DNA from: Squalus acanthias
Lineage: Eukaryota
Direction: 5' to 3'
DNA length: 64,000 nucleotides
Assembly: GCA_030390025.1 (NCBI GenBank)
Contig: CM059431.1
Location: 98,024,001-98,088,000 of the forward strand
Part shown: piece by piece, positions 13,015-25,206 of the stretch
How the letters are laid out: each line of letters starts with the position of its first letter
How positions within the stretch are numbered: the stretch's first letter is position 1
Notes under the pieces: model-generated
What the model was told of the DNA's origin: nothing
The model's input: the letters and a program-made list of their open reading frames with translations, nothing else
Databases searched by the model: none
Made by a program: the position numbers and the translations under genes

Positions 13015-13330
13015 TAACATAAGAAGAAGAAGAAATAGGAGCAGGAGTAGGCCATTCGGCCCTTCGAGCCTGCTCCGCCATTCAATGAGATCATGGCTGA
13101 TCTTCTGCCTCAACTCCATTCACCGGCCCTATCGCCATATCCCTTGATGCCCTTACTAGTCAGAAATCTATCAACTTCTGTTTTGAATATACCCAATGAC
13201 TAAGCCTTCACAGCCCTCTGGGGTAGGGAATTCCAAAGATTCACCACCCTCTGTGTGAAGAAATTTCTTCTCATCTCAGCCCTGAATGGCCTACCCTTTA
13301 TCCTGAGGCTGTGGCCCCTGGTTCGAGACA
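13015..13330 (-). mobile_element. CR1-type LINE 3' end
   Basis: Minus-strand RTRGHSLRIKGRPFRAEMRRNFFTQRVVNLWNSLPQRAVKA (CR1 ORF2 C-terminus) plus 3' end AATAGGAGCAGGAGTAGGCCATTCGGCCC. Confidence 0.9.
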
Positions 13331-15026
13331 GAGAGAAACAGACAGAGAGAAAGAAACAGACAGAGAGAGAGAGAAACAGACAGAGAGTGTGAGACAGAGA
13401 GAGAAACAGACAGAGAGAGAGAAACAGACAGAGAGAGAGAAACAGACAGAGAGAGAGAAACAGACAGAGAGTGCGAGACAGACAGAGAGAAACAGACAGA
13501 GAGAGAGAAACAGACAGAGAGAGAGAAACAGACAGAGAGAGAGAAACAGACAGAGAGTGCGAGACAGAGAGAGAGAAACAGACAGAGAGAAACAGACAGA
13601 GAGTGCGAGACAGAGAGAGAGAAACAGACAGAGAGTGCGAGACAGAGAGAGAGAAACAGACAGAGAGAGAGAAACAGACAGAGAGTGCGAGACAGAGAGA
13701 GAAACAGACAGAGAGAGAAACAGACAGAGAGAGAGAAACAGACAGAGAGTGCGAGACAGAGAGAGAGAAACAGAGAGTGCGAGACAGAGAGAGAGAAACA
13801 GAGAGTGCGAGACAGAGAGAGAGAAACAGAGAGTGCGAGACAGAGAGAGAGAAACAGACAGAGAGAGAGAAACAGAGAGTGCGAGACAGAGAGAGAGAAA
13901 CAGACAGAGAGAGAGAAACAGACAGAGAGTGCGAGACAGAGAGAGAGAAACAGACAGAGAGAGAGAAACAGAGAGTGCGAGACAGAGAGAGAGAAACAGA
14001 CAGAGAGAGAGAAACAGACAGAGAGAGAGAAACAGACAGAGAGAGAGAAACAGACAGAGTGCGAGACAGAGAGAGAGAAACAGAGAGTGCGAGACAGAGA
14101 GAGAGAAACAGAGAGAGAGAGACAGAGAGAGAGAGACAGAGAGAGAGAAACAGACAGAGAGAGAGAAACAGACAGAGAGAGAAACAGACAGAGAGTGCGA
14201 GACAGAGAGAGAAACAGACAGAGAGTGCGAGACAGAGAGAGAGAAACAAACAGAGAGAGAGAAACAGACAGAGAGTGCGAGACAGAGAGAGAGAAACAGA
14301 GAGTGCGAGACAGAGAGAGAGAAACAGAGAGAGAGAGACAGAGAGAGAGAGACAGAGAGAGAGAAACAGACAGAGAGAGAGAAACAGACAGAGAGAGAGA
14401 AACAGACAGAGAGTGCGAGACAGAGAGAGAGAAACAGACAGAGAGTGCGAGACAGAGAGAGAGAAACAGACAGAGAGAGAGAAACAGACAGAGAGTGCGA
14501 GACAGAGAGAGAGAAACAGACAGAGAGAGACAGAGAGAGAGAGACAGAGAGAGAGAAACAGACAGAGAGAGAGAAACAGACAGAGAGAGAGAAACAGACA
14601 GAGAGTGCGAGACAGAGAGAGAGAAACAGACAGAGAGTGCGAGACAGAGAGAGAGAAACAGACAGAGAGAGAGAAACAGACAGAGAGTGCGAGACAGAGA
14701 GAGAGAAACAGACAGAGAGTGCGAGACAGAGAGAGAGAAACAGACAGAGAGAGAAACAGACAGAGAGTGCGAGACAGAGAGAGAAACAGACAGAGAGTGC
14801 GAGACAGAGAGAGAGAAACAAACAGAGAGAGAGAAACAGACAGAGAGTGCGAGACAGAGAGAGAAACAGACAGAGAGTGCGAGACAGAGAGAAACAGACA
14901 GAGAGTGCGAGACAGAGAGAGAAACAGACAGAGAGAGAGAAACAGACAGAGAGTGCGAGACAGAGAGTGCGAGACAGAGAGAGAGAAACAAACAGAGAGA
15001 AACAGACAGAGAGTGCGAGACAGAGA
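13326..15026. repeat. Compound GA-rich repeat (GAGAGAGAAACAGACA / GAGAGTGCGAGACA)
   Basis: 1.7 kb of almost pure A/G with periodic C, lying between a CR1 and an L2 fragment. Confidence 0.97.
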
Positions 15027-15039
15027 GGCAGATTACAAT

Positions 15040-15280
15040 GCAACAACAAAAACAACTTGCATTTATATAGCGCCTTTAACGTAGTAAAAAAGTCCGAAGG
15101 CGCTTCACAGGAGTGATTATCAGACAAAATTTGACACCGAACCACATAAGGAGATATTAGGACAGGTGACCAAAAGCTTGGTCAAAGAGGTAGGTTTTAA
15201 GGAGCGTCTTAAAGGCGGAGAGAGAGGCAGAGAGTTGGAGAGGCGGAAAGTTAGAGAGGTGAAGAGGTGGAGAGGCAAAG
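15040..15280 (-). mobile_element. L2-type LINE 3' end
   Basis: CAACAACAAAAACAACTTGCATTTATATAGCGCCTTTAACGTAG...CAAAAGCTTGGTCAAAGAGGTAGG is the reverse complement of the L2 tail. Confidence 0.85.
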
Positions 15281-15724
15281 AGTACTTTCTATTGTTCATG
15301 CTGAGAATTTAAAACAATTACTGACAGATTTAATTAAGCAGCCTTGCTAACTATTAGTTAATCAGAAAGGAATGATACAAAAAGCTCTTGCATTGCTGTT
15401 GAATTGTCAGATGAATTGATTTAAGCAACTTTGATTTAAAAGAAGTAAACTTGTGCCAAATTTTTAAGACTTTCAACTCATTACTCATGTGTTACAGGAA
15501 TCCCATAATAAACAACAAGTGCGATCTGTAGCAATCACATTGCCATTAATGAACTGGGGGCCAATCTCATCAGCTCATTCAATACACTGTGCTCTCTTCC
15601 CACACCACATTCTGTGATCCACCATGAGCCTGAACCGGCTCGCAGCTAAAATGAAAGCTCATTATGTTTACTTGTCTTTGAATACACTAGGGACCCAATG
15701 AAGACAGCACTTCTCCAACAGAAG

Positions 15725-16190
15725 TTTACGATGATTAAAGGAATTGATCGGGTAGAGAGAGAGAAACTATTTCCTCTGGTGGGGGGAGTCCAGAACAAGG
15801 GGGCATAACCTTAAAATAAGATCCGGGCCGTTCAGGGGTGATGTCAAGAAGCACTTCTTCACACGAAGGGTGGTGGAAATCTGGAACTCTCTCCCCCAAA
15901 AAGCAGTTGAGGCTGGGGGTCAATTGAAAATTTCAACACTGAGACTGATAGATTTGCGTTTCCCACATTACAACAGTGACTACACTTCAAAAAAGTACTT
16001 CATTGGCTGTAAAGCGCTTTGGGACGTCCTGAGGTCGTGAAAGGAGCTGTAGAAATGCAGGTCTTTCTTTGTTGGGTGAGGATATTAAGGATTGCAGAAC
16101 CAAGGTGGGTAAATGGAGTAAAGATACAGATCGGCCATTGAGTGGCGAAACAGGTTCGAGGGGCTGAATGGCCTCCTTCTCTTCCTACGT
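15725..16190 (+). mobile_element. CR1 3' fragment interrupted by a Deu-SINE tail (~15956-16048)
   Basis: CR1 sequence (CTTCACACGAAGGGTGGTGGAAATCTGGAACTCTCTCCCCC...GATAGATTTG) stops, SINE tail ACATTACAACAGTGACTACACTTCAAAA...GTCTTTCT follows, then CR1 resumes (TTGTTGGGTGAGGATATTAAGG...GGGGCTGAATGGCCT). Confidence 0.8.
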
Positions 16191-17148
16191 TCACTCCAGC
16201 ATTGCTCCCTCAGGTCTATTGTACGCAATAAGTATTCAATATGCATCCTCCCTATCGTTCAGCTGGATTCATCTCAGCCCTGCTAATCTGCCACAGTTCA
16301 ACAAATTACACCTGCTTGTCAAATGCTAACATAAAAATGATTGGTGAGAATTATACACACAGCTGCTGTTCACCAGTCACGAGGATCTGAAATTTGTTTC
16401 TGGACAATAGAATGCTTTTTTTAAACAAATATTTTCTCCGTGTTCGGACTGATCTTGTCATGACAGGGATTCTAGAGAAACTCTCTCCCTGACATTATCA
16501 TTCAAACTCAATGACTATTTTACCAAATGATCAATTTGGAATCGGTTCAGTTATAAATAAGTCAAGGAAAAAATCGAGGCCTTCCAGCCCAACCCAACCC
16601 AACCCTCCGTGAGCAGACAAATGAACTCCTTATTTACAGAACCATCCGGGGGTTGAGTAAACAAGAGTTTGGAGAGATCTGTTCCGGTCTATTCTGTCTC
16701 GCGCCGAGGAGTTGGAGCTGGAGTTGCAGCACGTGTCACTTAGACTACTGAGAGTCCACTTGCTGCCACTTTGGCAACCATTGTAGATCTGGGCTTCCTC
16801 TCTCCACGCACTCGGCACAAATTTGGCCCCCATTAGCCTTGCAAGCCAGAAATTCCCACCGACGCAAGCAACATCTCGATGTTTTATCCACTTGTTGCCA
16901 AACCCTACACCCAATACATCAACTGTGGCCTCACCACTGTCTTGTACAATTTCAAATTCGCTTTTATAAGCAGAGCTGCTGTGTATAAACCCAGAGCCCT
17001 ATTTGCCTATTAATGGCCATTTTCTACCTGCACTTCCACGTTTAAAAATTAATTCTCTCCCCTCAGATTACCACCCTCTGGTTACATTGGTAATTGTCTT
17101 TATAAAAATGGTCTGTGTTGTTGTAAAACAGCCGAGTAACACTGCACA

Positions 17149-18150
17149 GGTGTCAGCTGTGGCTTAGTGGGTCGCACGCTCGCCTCTGAGTCAGAAGGTT
17201 GTGGGTTCAAGTCGCACTCCAGAGACTTGAGCACAAAATCCAGGCTGACATTCCCAGTGCAGTACTGAGGGAGCGCTGCACTGTCGGAGGGGCAGTACTG
17301 AGGGAGCGCTGCACTGTCGGAGGGGCAGTACTGAGGGAGCGCTGCACTGTCGGAGGGGCCAGTACTGAGGGAGTGCTGCACTGTTGGAGGGGCAGTACTG
17401 AGGGAGCGCCGCACTGTCGGAGGGGCAGTACTGAGGGAGTGCTACACTGTTGGAGGGGCAGTACTGAGGGAGCGCCGCAGTGTCGGAGGGGCAGTACTGA
17501 GGGAGCGCCGCACTGTCGGAAGGGTAGTACTGAGGGAGCGCCGCACTGTCGGAGGGGCAGTACTGAGGGAGTGCTGCACTGTTGGAGGGGCAGTACTGAG
17601 GGAGCGCCGCACTGTCGGAGGGGCAGTACTGAGGGAGCGCCGCACTGTCGGAGGGGCAATACTGAGGGAGCGCCGCACTGTCGGAGGGGCAGTACTGAGG
17701 GAGCGCCGCACTGTCGGAGGGGCAGTACTGAGGGAGCGCCGCACTGTCGGAGGGGCAGTACTGAGGGAGTGCTGCACTGTCGGAGGGGCAGTGCTGAGGG
17801 AGTGCCGCACTGTCGGAGGTGCCATCTTTCAGATGAAACGTTAAACCGAGGCTCCGTCTGCCCTCTCAGATGGATGGAAAAGATCCCATGGCACTATTTC
17901 GAAGAAGAGCAGGGGAGTTCTCCCCGGTGTCCTGGGGCCAATATTTATCCCTCAACCAACATCACTAAAACATATTATCTGGTCATTATCACATTGCTCT
18001 TTGTGGGAGCTTGCTGTGCGCAAATTGGCTGCTGTGTTTCCTACATTAAAACAGTGACTACACTCCAAAAGTACTTCATTGACTGTGAAGCACTTTGGGA
18101 CGTCCTGAGGTTGTGAAAGGCGCTATATAAATGTAAGATCTTTTTTCTTT
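17149..18150 (+). mobile_element. Full-length tRNA-headed Deu-domain SINE with ~17-unit 33-bp VNTR (17259-17820)
   Basis: Pol III A-box TGGCTTAGTGG (17160-17170), B-box GGTTCAAGTCG (17204-17214), array, Deu body, and tail AAGGCGCTATATAAATGTAAG plus T-rich end. Confidence 0.9.
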
Positions 18151-18742
18151 AACCAGATGGGTTAACTATGGAGGCCTAGATTCCAAAACTAAATGTTAAA
18201 TGAATGTCCTGGTAAATTGTCTCTGTTAAATTCTGGTGCTTGTGGTGGTACCAGGTTGGATGAATATCATCAGAAGCGTTCAGCTTCTTTATCAGATTAT
18301 TAATCCTTTACCATCCTGTTCTTCCAGTGCCACTTTGTGCACGATAAAGTGTGGTGACCCTCTGACAAGCCCCGATCCCTGGATCGGTGTGCCTTGTATC
18401 CAGGTGAAGGTTATTGCAAAACAAACATGAACGTAAGTGATTTAAGATGCTCCAGATGTGCAAGCCAGCTGCTGTTTCCTCTCCTTGCATTGCGAGAGCC
18501 CAGCAACACCACCGAGGCTGAATCATACCCAGCTGAGAGTGCTGAGGGACTGGCTCGATGCAGGATTCAAGATTATGATGGGCTATAAATAATGACAGAT
18601 TGTTTTCGGTGGTCAGTGAGACATCAACACGAGCAGGAATTCAGGATTCGCTAAAAAAAAAATCAGACGGGGTTAGAATGGGGAATTCTCTGCTACAGCC
18701 CACTGGTGAGACAGAACGTTGCTTGAAAAAGGAGGAATATTA

Positions 18743-20286
18743 GACTAGACTGGGTGGGATATTAAAGGGTACGGGGAGTGAGGCAGGAGAGTGGGATTAG
18801 ACTGGGTGGGATATTAAAGGGTACGGGGAGTGAGCGGGAGAGTGGGATTAGACTGGGTGGGATATTAAAGGGTACGGGGAGTGAGCAGGAGAGTGGGATT
18901 AGACTGGGTGGGATATTAAAGGGTGCGGGGAGTGAGCAGGAGAGTGGGATTAGACTGGGTGGGATATTAAAGGGTACGGGGAGTGAGCGGGAGAGTGGGA
19001 TTAGACTGGGTGGGATATTAAAGGGTACGGGGAGTGAGCGGGAGAGTGGGATTAGACTGGGTGGGATATTAAAGGGTACGGGGAGTGAGCGGGAGAGTGG
19101 GATTAGACTGGGTGGGATATTAAAGGGTGCGGGGAGTGAGCGGGAGAGTGGGATTAGACTGGGTGGGATATTAAAGGGTGCGGGGAGTGAGCGGGAGAGT
19201 GGGATTAGACTGGGTGGGATATTAAAGGGTACGGGGAGTGAGCGGGAGAGTGGGATTAGACTGGGTGGGATATTAAAGGGTACGGGGAGTGAGCGGGAGA
19301 GTGGGATTAGACTGGGTGGGATATTAAAGGGTACGGGGAGTGAGCGGAGAGTGGGATTAGACTGGGTGGGATATTAAAGGGTGCGGGGAGTGAGCGGGAG
19401 AGTGGGATTAGACTGGGTGGGATATTAAAGGGTACGGGGAGTGAGGGGGAGAGTGGGATTAGACTGGGTGGGATATTAAAGGGTACGGGGAGTGAGGGGG
19501 AGAGTGGGATTAGACTGGGTGGGATATTAAAGGATACGGGGAGTGAGGGAGAGAGTTGGATTAGACTGGGTGGGATATTAAAGGGTGCGGGGAGTGAGCG
19601 GGAGAGTGGGATTAGACTGGGTGGGATATTAAAGGGTACGGGGAGTGAGTGGACGAGTGGGATTGGACTGGGTGGGATATTAAAGGGTACGGGTATCGAA
19701 AAGGAGAGTGGGATTAGACTGGGTGGAATATTAAAGGGTACAGGGAGCGAGCAGGAGATTTGGATTAGATTTGGTGGGATATTAAAGGGCGTTGGGAGTG
19801 AGGGGGAGAGTGGGAATAGACTGGGTGGGATATTAAAGGGTACGGGGAGTGAGGGGGAGAGTGGGATTAGACTGGGTGGGATATTAAAGTGTACGGGGAG
19901 TGAGCAGGAGAGTGGGATTAGACTGGGTGGGATATTAAAGGGTACGGGGAGTGAGCAGGAGAGAGGGATTAGACTGGGTGGGATATTAAAGGGTACGGGG
20001 AGTGAGCGGGAGAGTGGGATTAGACTGGGTGGGATATTAAAGGGTACAGGGAGTGAGCGGGAGAGTGGGATTAGACTGGGTGGGATATTAAAGGGTACGG
20101 GGAGTGAGCGGGAGAGTGGGATTAGACTGGGTGGGATATTAAAGGGTACGGGGAGTGAGCGGGAGAGTGGGATTAGACTGGGTGGGATATTAAAGGGTAC
20201 GGGGAGTGAGGGGTAGAGTGGGATTAGACTGGGTGGGATATTAAAGGGTACGAGGAGTGAGCGGGAGAGTGGGATTAGACTGGGTG
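18743..20286 (+). repeat. 51-bp minisatellite GATTAGACTGGGTGGGATATTAAAGGGTACGGGGAGTGAGCGGGAGAGTGG, ~30 units, embedded in a CR1 3' end
   Basis: Tandem array. The unit resembles the CR1 ORF2 end (IKGYGE.AGEWD*), is preceded by GGGAATTCTCTGCTACAG and followed by GATGGGCCAAATGGCCT, as in the CR1 ends at 20860-20975 and 32245-32460. Confidence 0.92.
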
Positions 20287-20859
20287 AATTGGAGAAAAAC
20301 ACAAGTGCGGACTTGATGGGCCAAATGGCCTACCTCAGTGCTGGAGTGTTCTGGGATTCTCTGATTACCCACAGACTCAAATTTCTGCAGTAGGTTTGAC
20401 TATTTATGCTTGTTTTACTTGGATTCGTTGTTTGAATTTATGTTTCAGTCCTTATCGTGTTACTGAGTCCCCTGGTTGCTGCGGCGATAGCCAGAATTTC
20501 AGACAGAGATCTTTTGAAAAGTTTTTACTTCATATCCCAGGAAAAAAATCTGGAAGCCTGCTAATTTTCCATCGTTCAGACCTGCCATCGTCCGGGCTGT
20601 GGGTTGATAAGCCTTGATGCTATCTGAGAAAATAACTTCAAACCACAGTTGCTAAATCCTCATTTAATGCCTCCTTTCTGAACACGGGATTGGGTTAAAT
20701 TCCACTTTCTTCTGAGGAAAAGAGTTCTCCCAATCAAAGGCCCAGCTCACTGATGTTAGGAGTTGTGTAAAATCCCCATGACGCAATCTCAGTTACCGTG
20801 AGAAAATGTGTGATACTCTGACCTGACAACATGGATTTTTCAAAGTCCTGTAAAATTTG

Positions 20860-20975
20860 CAGGGCTAGGGAGGAAATGAACAGGGGGGAGTGGGATTAAT
20901 TGGATAGCTCCACGAAAGAGCCAGCACAGATATGATGGGCGGAATGGCCTCCTTCTGTGCTGTGCCATTCTATGT
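20860..20975 (+). mobile_element. CR1 3' terminal fragment
   Basis: GGAGTGGGATTAATTGGATAGCTC...GATGGGCGGAATGGCCTCCTTCTGTGCTGT...ATTCTATG. Confidence 0.7.
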
Positions 20976-21081
20976 ATGTAACACACACAACTCTCACAGA
21001 GCAGCATCAGGCTTCGGGTCTAGACAAGGCCAGGCTGCTTTCCTCATTGTCTTTTTTTGGGATGTGCATCCCACAACCTTT

Positions 21082-21829
21082 GGGCTGGATTTTCATTGAC
21101 CCGTGGAGGCGGGTTTGGAGGCGTGTGGGGGGTTAAAATTGGGAAAACTGGCGGGCGGGCACAAGTCCACCTCCATCCCGCCTCCACGCAATTTTCATTA
21201 AATCGTGTCTGCTGGTCCCGACTCCGTCCCGCCTTTAAGAGGCGGGATAGGCTGTTAAGGCCCTTAACAAGCACTAAATTGGCTGTATAATGCCATTTTG
21301 AAAGGCCTTTGTGATTTTAACCCTTGATCTGCGTGAAGCACGCCTGTTCTGAACCACGATTGTGAAACCTGGCGGGAGCACATTTGGATAGCTGACTATC
21401 AGCTGCAGGTCCACTATTACAACGGAGATGTGATGAAGGTAGTAGTAGTATTAGGTCTGAAAGTCGCCTCTGATGCTGCTGCATTGAATGTCTTCAGAGA
21501 CTGCCTGGCCTTTGCTGGGAGAGGACCTGGATGCAAAAAAAAATTCTCTCTCTCTCTCTCTCCTTAGAGTTGCTGCTCATTTTGCATCCAGGTCCTCTCA
21601 CAGCAAAGGCCAGGCAGTCTCTGACCTTCAATGCAGCAGCAATGATAACATCATCAGAGGCGACTTTCTGACTGAAAACACTAATTGGTTCATGGGTTCC
21701 CACATGCTGGAACTCAATTGCCCAATTAGGTGAAAATTGCATCAATCTCCCACATCCAATTGCAGGCGGGTGGATAACACGAAATGCGGATGACACGACC
21801 CCAACCCGCCCCGTATCAAAATCCAGCCC
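21082..21829. mobile_element. Non-autonomous TIR element (MITE), probably PIF/Harbinger superfamily
   Basis: Perfect 12-bp TIR GGGCTGGATTTT / AAAATCCAGCCC. TTT on both flanks (21079-81, 21830-32). Inverted subterminal GGCGGGTT. No transposase ORF. Confidence 0.8.
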
Positions 21830-23009
21830 TTTGCGTCCCAATTACTTCTACAATCTCAGCTGCTGCAGACACAGTTGTCTCATTATAGGGATTGGAGAGG
21901 GATATTTTAGTAAGTCCAGAGTCAAGGGGCTGAATCGTGACAGGGGCAGGCTGCGTAGGCGGAGGGGGGGAGGACGGAGGTTTTGTTGGGAAAGCCAAAG
22001 TGTTACTTTCATTTTTTTAAAACACTTCTGTTTATTGGTTCTAAAAATCCTGGCGATGAGAAAAGGCTGTTTGACTGACACTCAAGAACCATCCAATCGG
22101 GTAAGGAAGATTCTGTTCACTTTCCGATTGGCCATGGGAAGGTGGGGCACTGTGAGGATGGACGTGTTGGGCGACCAATGGCGGGAGTGTGGGGGCGGGG
22201 CCATTGGAGGCAGGAGGTCATGTGATGAAACTGCCAGGAATACGTCCCACCTGAGTTGGCGACCCTGAGTGTGGGACGGGACCCTGGATCGGGGAGCTGG
22301 AGATGGAGGACTGGGGCGGGGGATTTGCTGGACTCCACACCCGATTCTCCTTGCAACTTTTATCCTTCAGTGGTACAAATAGGGGGCGAGGGGGGAAAGA
22401 TTTTCCTGTTTAATTACATCGGAGAGGTGGGGAAATGAGTCTGGGAGAAAAGCCGGTAGCTCCCTATCACCTGGTGGCATTTTGCAAGTGCAAGTGATGT
22501 TGGCCGCATGTACCCGGGCGGCTTTATTATAATAAGATGCAAAATGAACGATGACATCTTACGATTTCCCCCCAATTGTGCCTTAGCAACACTGGCTGGC
22601 AGGGAAACCAGCACTACTAATTCTTATTGGCTGGTGCCATCGCCAATAAAAAGGAAGTAAGTGTCCCCTTCGAAAGGGGCCTAACCAATAAACGCAAATT
22701 AAATCGAATTGACAGTAAACTTATCAAATTAAATCAAAATTTTGTTCTGGGGGGATGATGATGCACTCCAGTCACTCCGGAGGCCAGCGGTCGCGGAAGT
22801 CCTGAAGTGAGCTGGTGGACACCGCGTGCTCCCTCTCCAGGGACTCCGGGCGTGGTCACACCACCACTGCTATGGGTTGTGGGGAGAGGGAGGGAGGGGC
22901 TCTGAGTGAAACGGCTGCTTCACATCCATTTAATCACGGTGGAAAATTTCAATTTTGTTCAGCAAGTTGGGAAAGGGCAGCAATGCTGTTACATCATCCC
23001 CATGGTGTG

Positions 23010-23875
23010 CCAGGTTCAAGTCCCACTGCAGAGACTTGAGTGCATAATCAAGGCTGACTCTCCCAGCGCAGTACTGAGGGAGCGCCGCACTGTCGGAGGG
23101 GCAGTACTGAGGGAACGCCGCACTGTCGGAGGGGCAGTACTGAGGGAACGCCGCACTGTCGCAGGGGCAGTACTGAGGGAGCGCCGCACTGTCGGAGGGG
23201 CAGTGCTGAGGGAGCGCCGTACTGTCGGAGGGGCAGTACTGAGGGAGCGCCGCACTGTCGGAGGGGCAGTACTGAGGGAGCACCGCACTGTCGGAGGGGC
23301 AGTACTGAGGGAGCGCCGCACTGTCGGAGGGGCAGTACTGAGGGAGCGCCGCACTGTCGGAGGGGCAGTACTGAGGGAGCGCTGCACTGTCGGAGGGGCA
23401 GTACTGAGGGAGCGCCGCACTGTCGGAGGGGCAGTACTGAGGGAGCGCCGCACTGTCGGAGGGGCAGTACTGAGGGAACGCCACACTGTCGGAGGGTCAG
23501 TACTGAGGGAGCGCCGCACTGTCGGAGGGGCAGTACTGAGGGAGCGCCGCACTGTCGGAGGGGCAGTACTGAGGGAGCGCCGCACTGTCGGAGGGGCAGT
23601 ACTGAGGGAGCGCCGCACTGTCGGAGGGGCAGTACTGAGGGAGTGCTGCACTGTCGGAGGGGCAGTACTGAGGGAGTGCTGCACTGTCGGAGGGGCAGTA
23701 CTGAGGGAGCGCCGCACTGTCGGAGGGGCAGTACTGAGGGAGCGCCGCACTGTCAGAGGGGCAGTACTGAGGGAGTGCTGCACTGTCGGAGTGGCAGTAC
23801 TGAGGGAGCGCCGCACTGTCGGAGGGGCAGTACTGAGGGAGGCATTAAATCGAGGCCCCGTCTGCCCTCTCAGAT
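23010..23875 (+). mobile_element. Truncated Deu-SINE with ~23-unit 33-bp VNTR (23068-23840)
   Basis: B-box GGTTCAAGTCCC, array, then TTAAATCGAGGCCCCGTCTGCCCTCTCAGA, where the body is cut. Confidence 0.85.
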
Positions 23876-23962
23876 GTCAGCACTTCTGTGATCTGAGTCT
23901 CTGGAGCGAAGACTTGAACCCACGACCTTCTGACTCAGAGGTGAGAGAGCCATGGTCGACAC
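23875..23962 (-). mobile_element. Deu-SINE tRNA-like head in opposite orientation
   Basis: GAGTCTCTGGAGCGAAGACTTGAACCCACGACCTTCTGACTCAGAGG is the reverse complement of the SINE head at 17183-17230. Confidence 0.8.
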
Positions 23963-24811
23963 CTGGTGCTGTTGATTCCACTTTCTGTGGTTCTTTTGTG
24001 GAAATTCCGACAGAGAAGGTGGAAAAAAATCCCTCTGGAAATTCACCCCTTTCCTCTCCTGCCCCCCTGCACATTCAGCATAATCCGCCTGTTCCATTCT
24101 CTTCAACGAGGAAAGGCCGATGAGCTTGCAAAGGTCTAAATGAGGCTGCATCAGTCAGCATCTCTGTGAATTCGAACGCTCGATACTGGGGTTAGTCAAT
24201 TCCGCCAGTCTGGGCCGCAATCTGCCTCCTCAGTGTCTGCGTCAAGGGACAGAAGCCAGGCCGCAGCATGCGAGGTTGTAAAGGTTTCTTCCCTGTCCAA
24301 TTACATTCTGGGTTAGGAATGACGGGGATCACTCCCGCTTTTCCCACAGAAAGCCTAGACTGCACTTGGCAAACAGCAAGGTCCAGATGCAGTGTCGAAC
24401 CTCTGATGTTAAACTGCCAGCAATCTCCAGGGAGTTGGCAGGAATCACACATAATCACTCTAATCCCAGCAGGTGTCTTCTCTGGAAGGGCTGTGTCCTT
24501 GGAATCTGAAGTGAACCTATTCTCAGCGAGACAGATTTAGAGCCGATTTGTTGAATTTTACAAGAATTAATTCGCACAGAAATTCAAAACAAACCAAAGG
24601 GCTTTCCAATCTGCTTAATATCTCAGCAGAGTGGCTATCATTTCATGCCAGGCGGAGGCAGTCACTGTGGTAACACAGGCTGCTGCTGGTTCTACAGGAA
24701 AACACTTGACTTTTGGACAAGAACCCCACCAGGTACAGAATACACTGACATTAACTGACAATACAGGCAGTCAGCAATCGTTAATGTAGACACAACAATA
24801 GGAAAAGCTCA

Positions 24812-25206
24812 TTTAAAATTCTCATCCTTGTTTTCAAATCCCTCCATGGCCTCCCCCCTCCCTATCTCTGTAACCTCCTCCAGCCCCACAACCCCCCGAG
24901 ATCTCTGCGCTCCTCCAATTCTGGTCTCTTGCGCTTCCCTGATTTCCATCGCTCCACCATTGGCGGCCGTGCCTTCAGCTGCCGAGGCCCTAAGCTCTGG
25001 AATTCCCTCCCTAAACCTCTCCGCCTCTCTCTCCTCCTTTAAGACGCTCCTCAAAACCTACCTCTTTGACCAAGCTTTTGGTCATTTGTCCTAATATCTC
25101 CTTCTTGTGGCTCAGTTTTATATTTTGTTTGATAATCGCTCCTGTGAAGCGCCTTGGGACGTTTTATTATGTTAAAGGTGCTATATAAATACAAGTTGTT
25201 GTCGTT
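24812..25206 (+). mobile_element. L2-type LINE 3' end
   Basis: TTTAAAATTCTCATCCTTGTTTTCAAATCCCTCCATGGCC...GGTGCTATATAAATACAAGTTGTTG. Confidence 0.9.

Noticed and set aside
13200..15145. RE/SL-rich ORFs of 350-615 aa
   Set aside because: GA microsatellite translations.
17149..17225. tRNA gene
   Set aside because: A and B boxes are present but run directly into the SINE body; this is a tRNA-derived SINE head.
21926..22580. Additional MITE (GC-rich, GGGG/CCCC-bounded segments)
   Set aside because: No convincing TIR pair or TSD could be defined.
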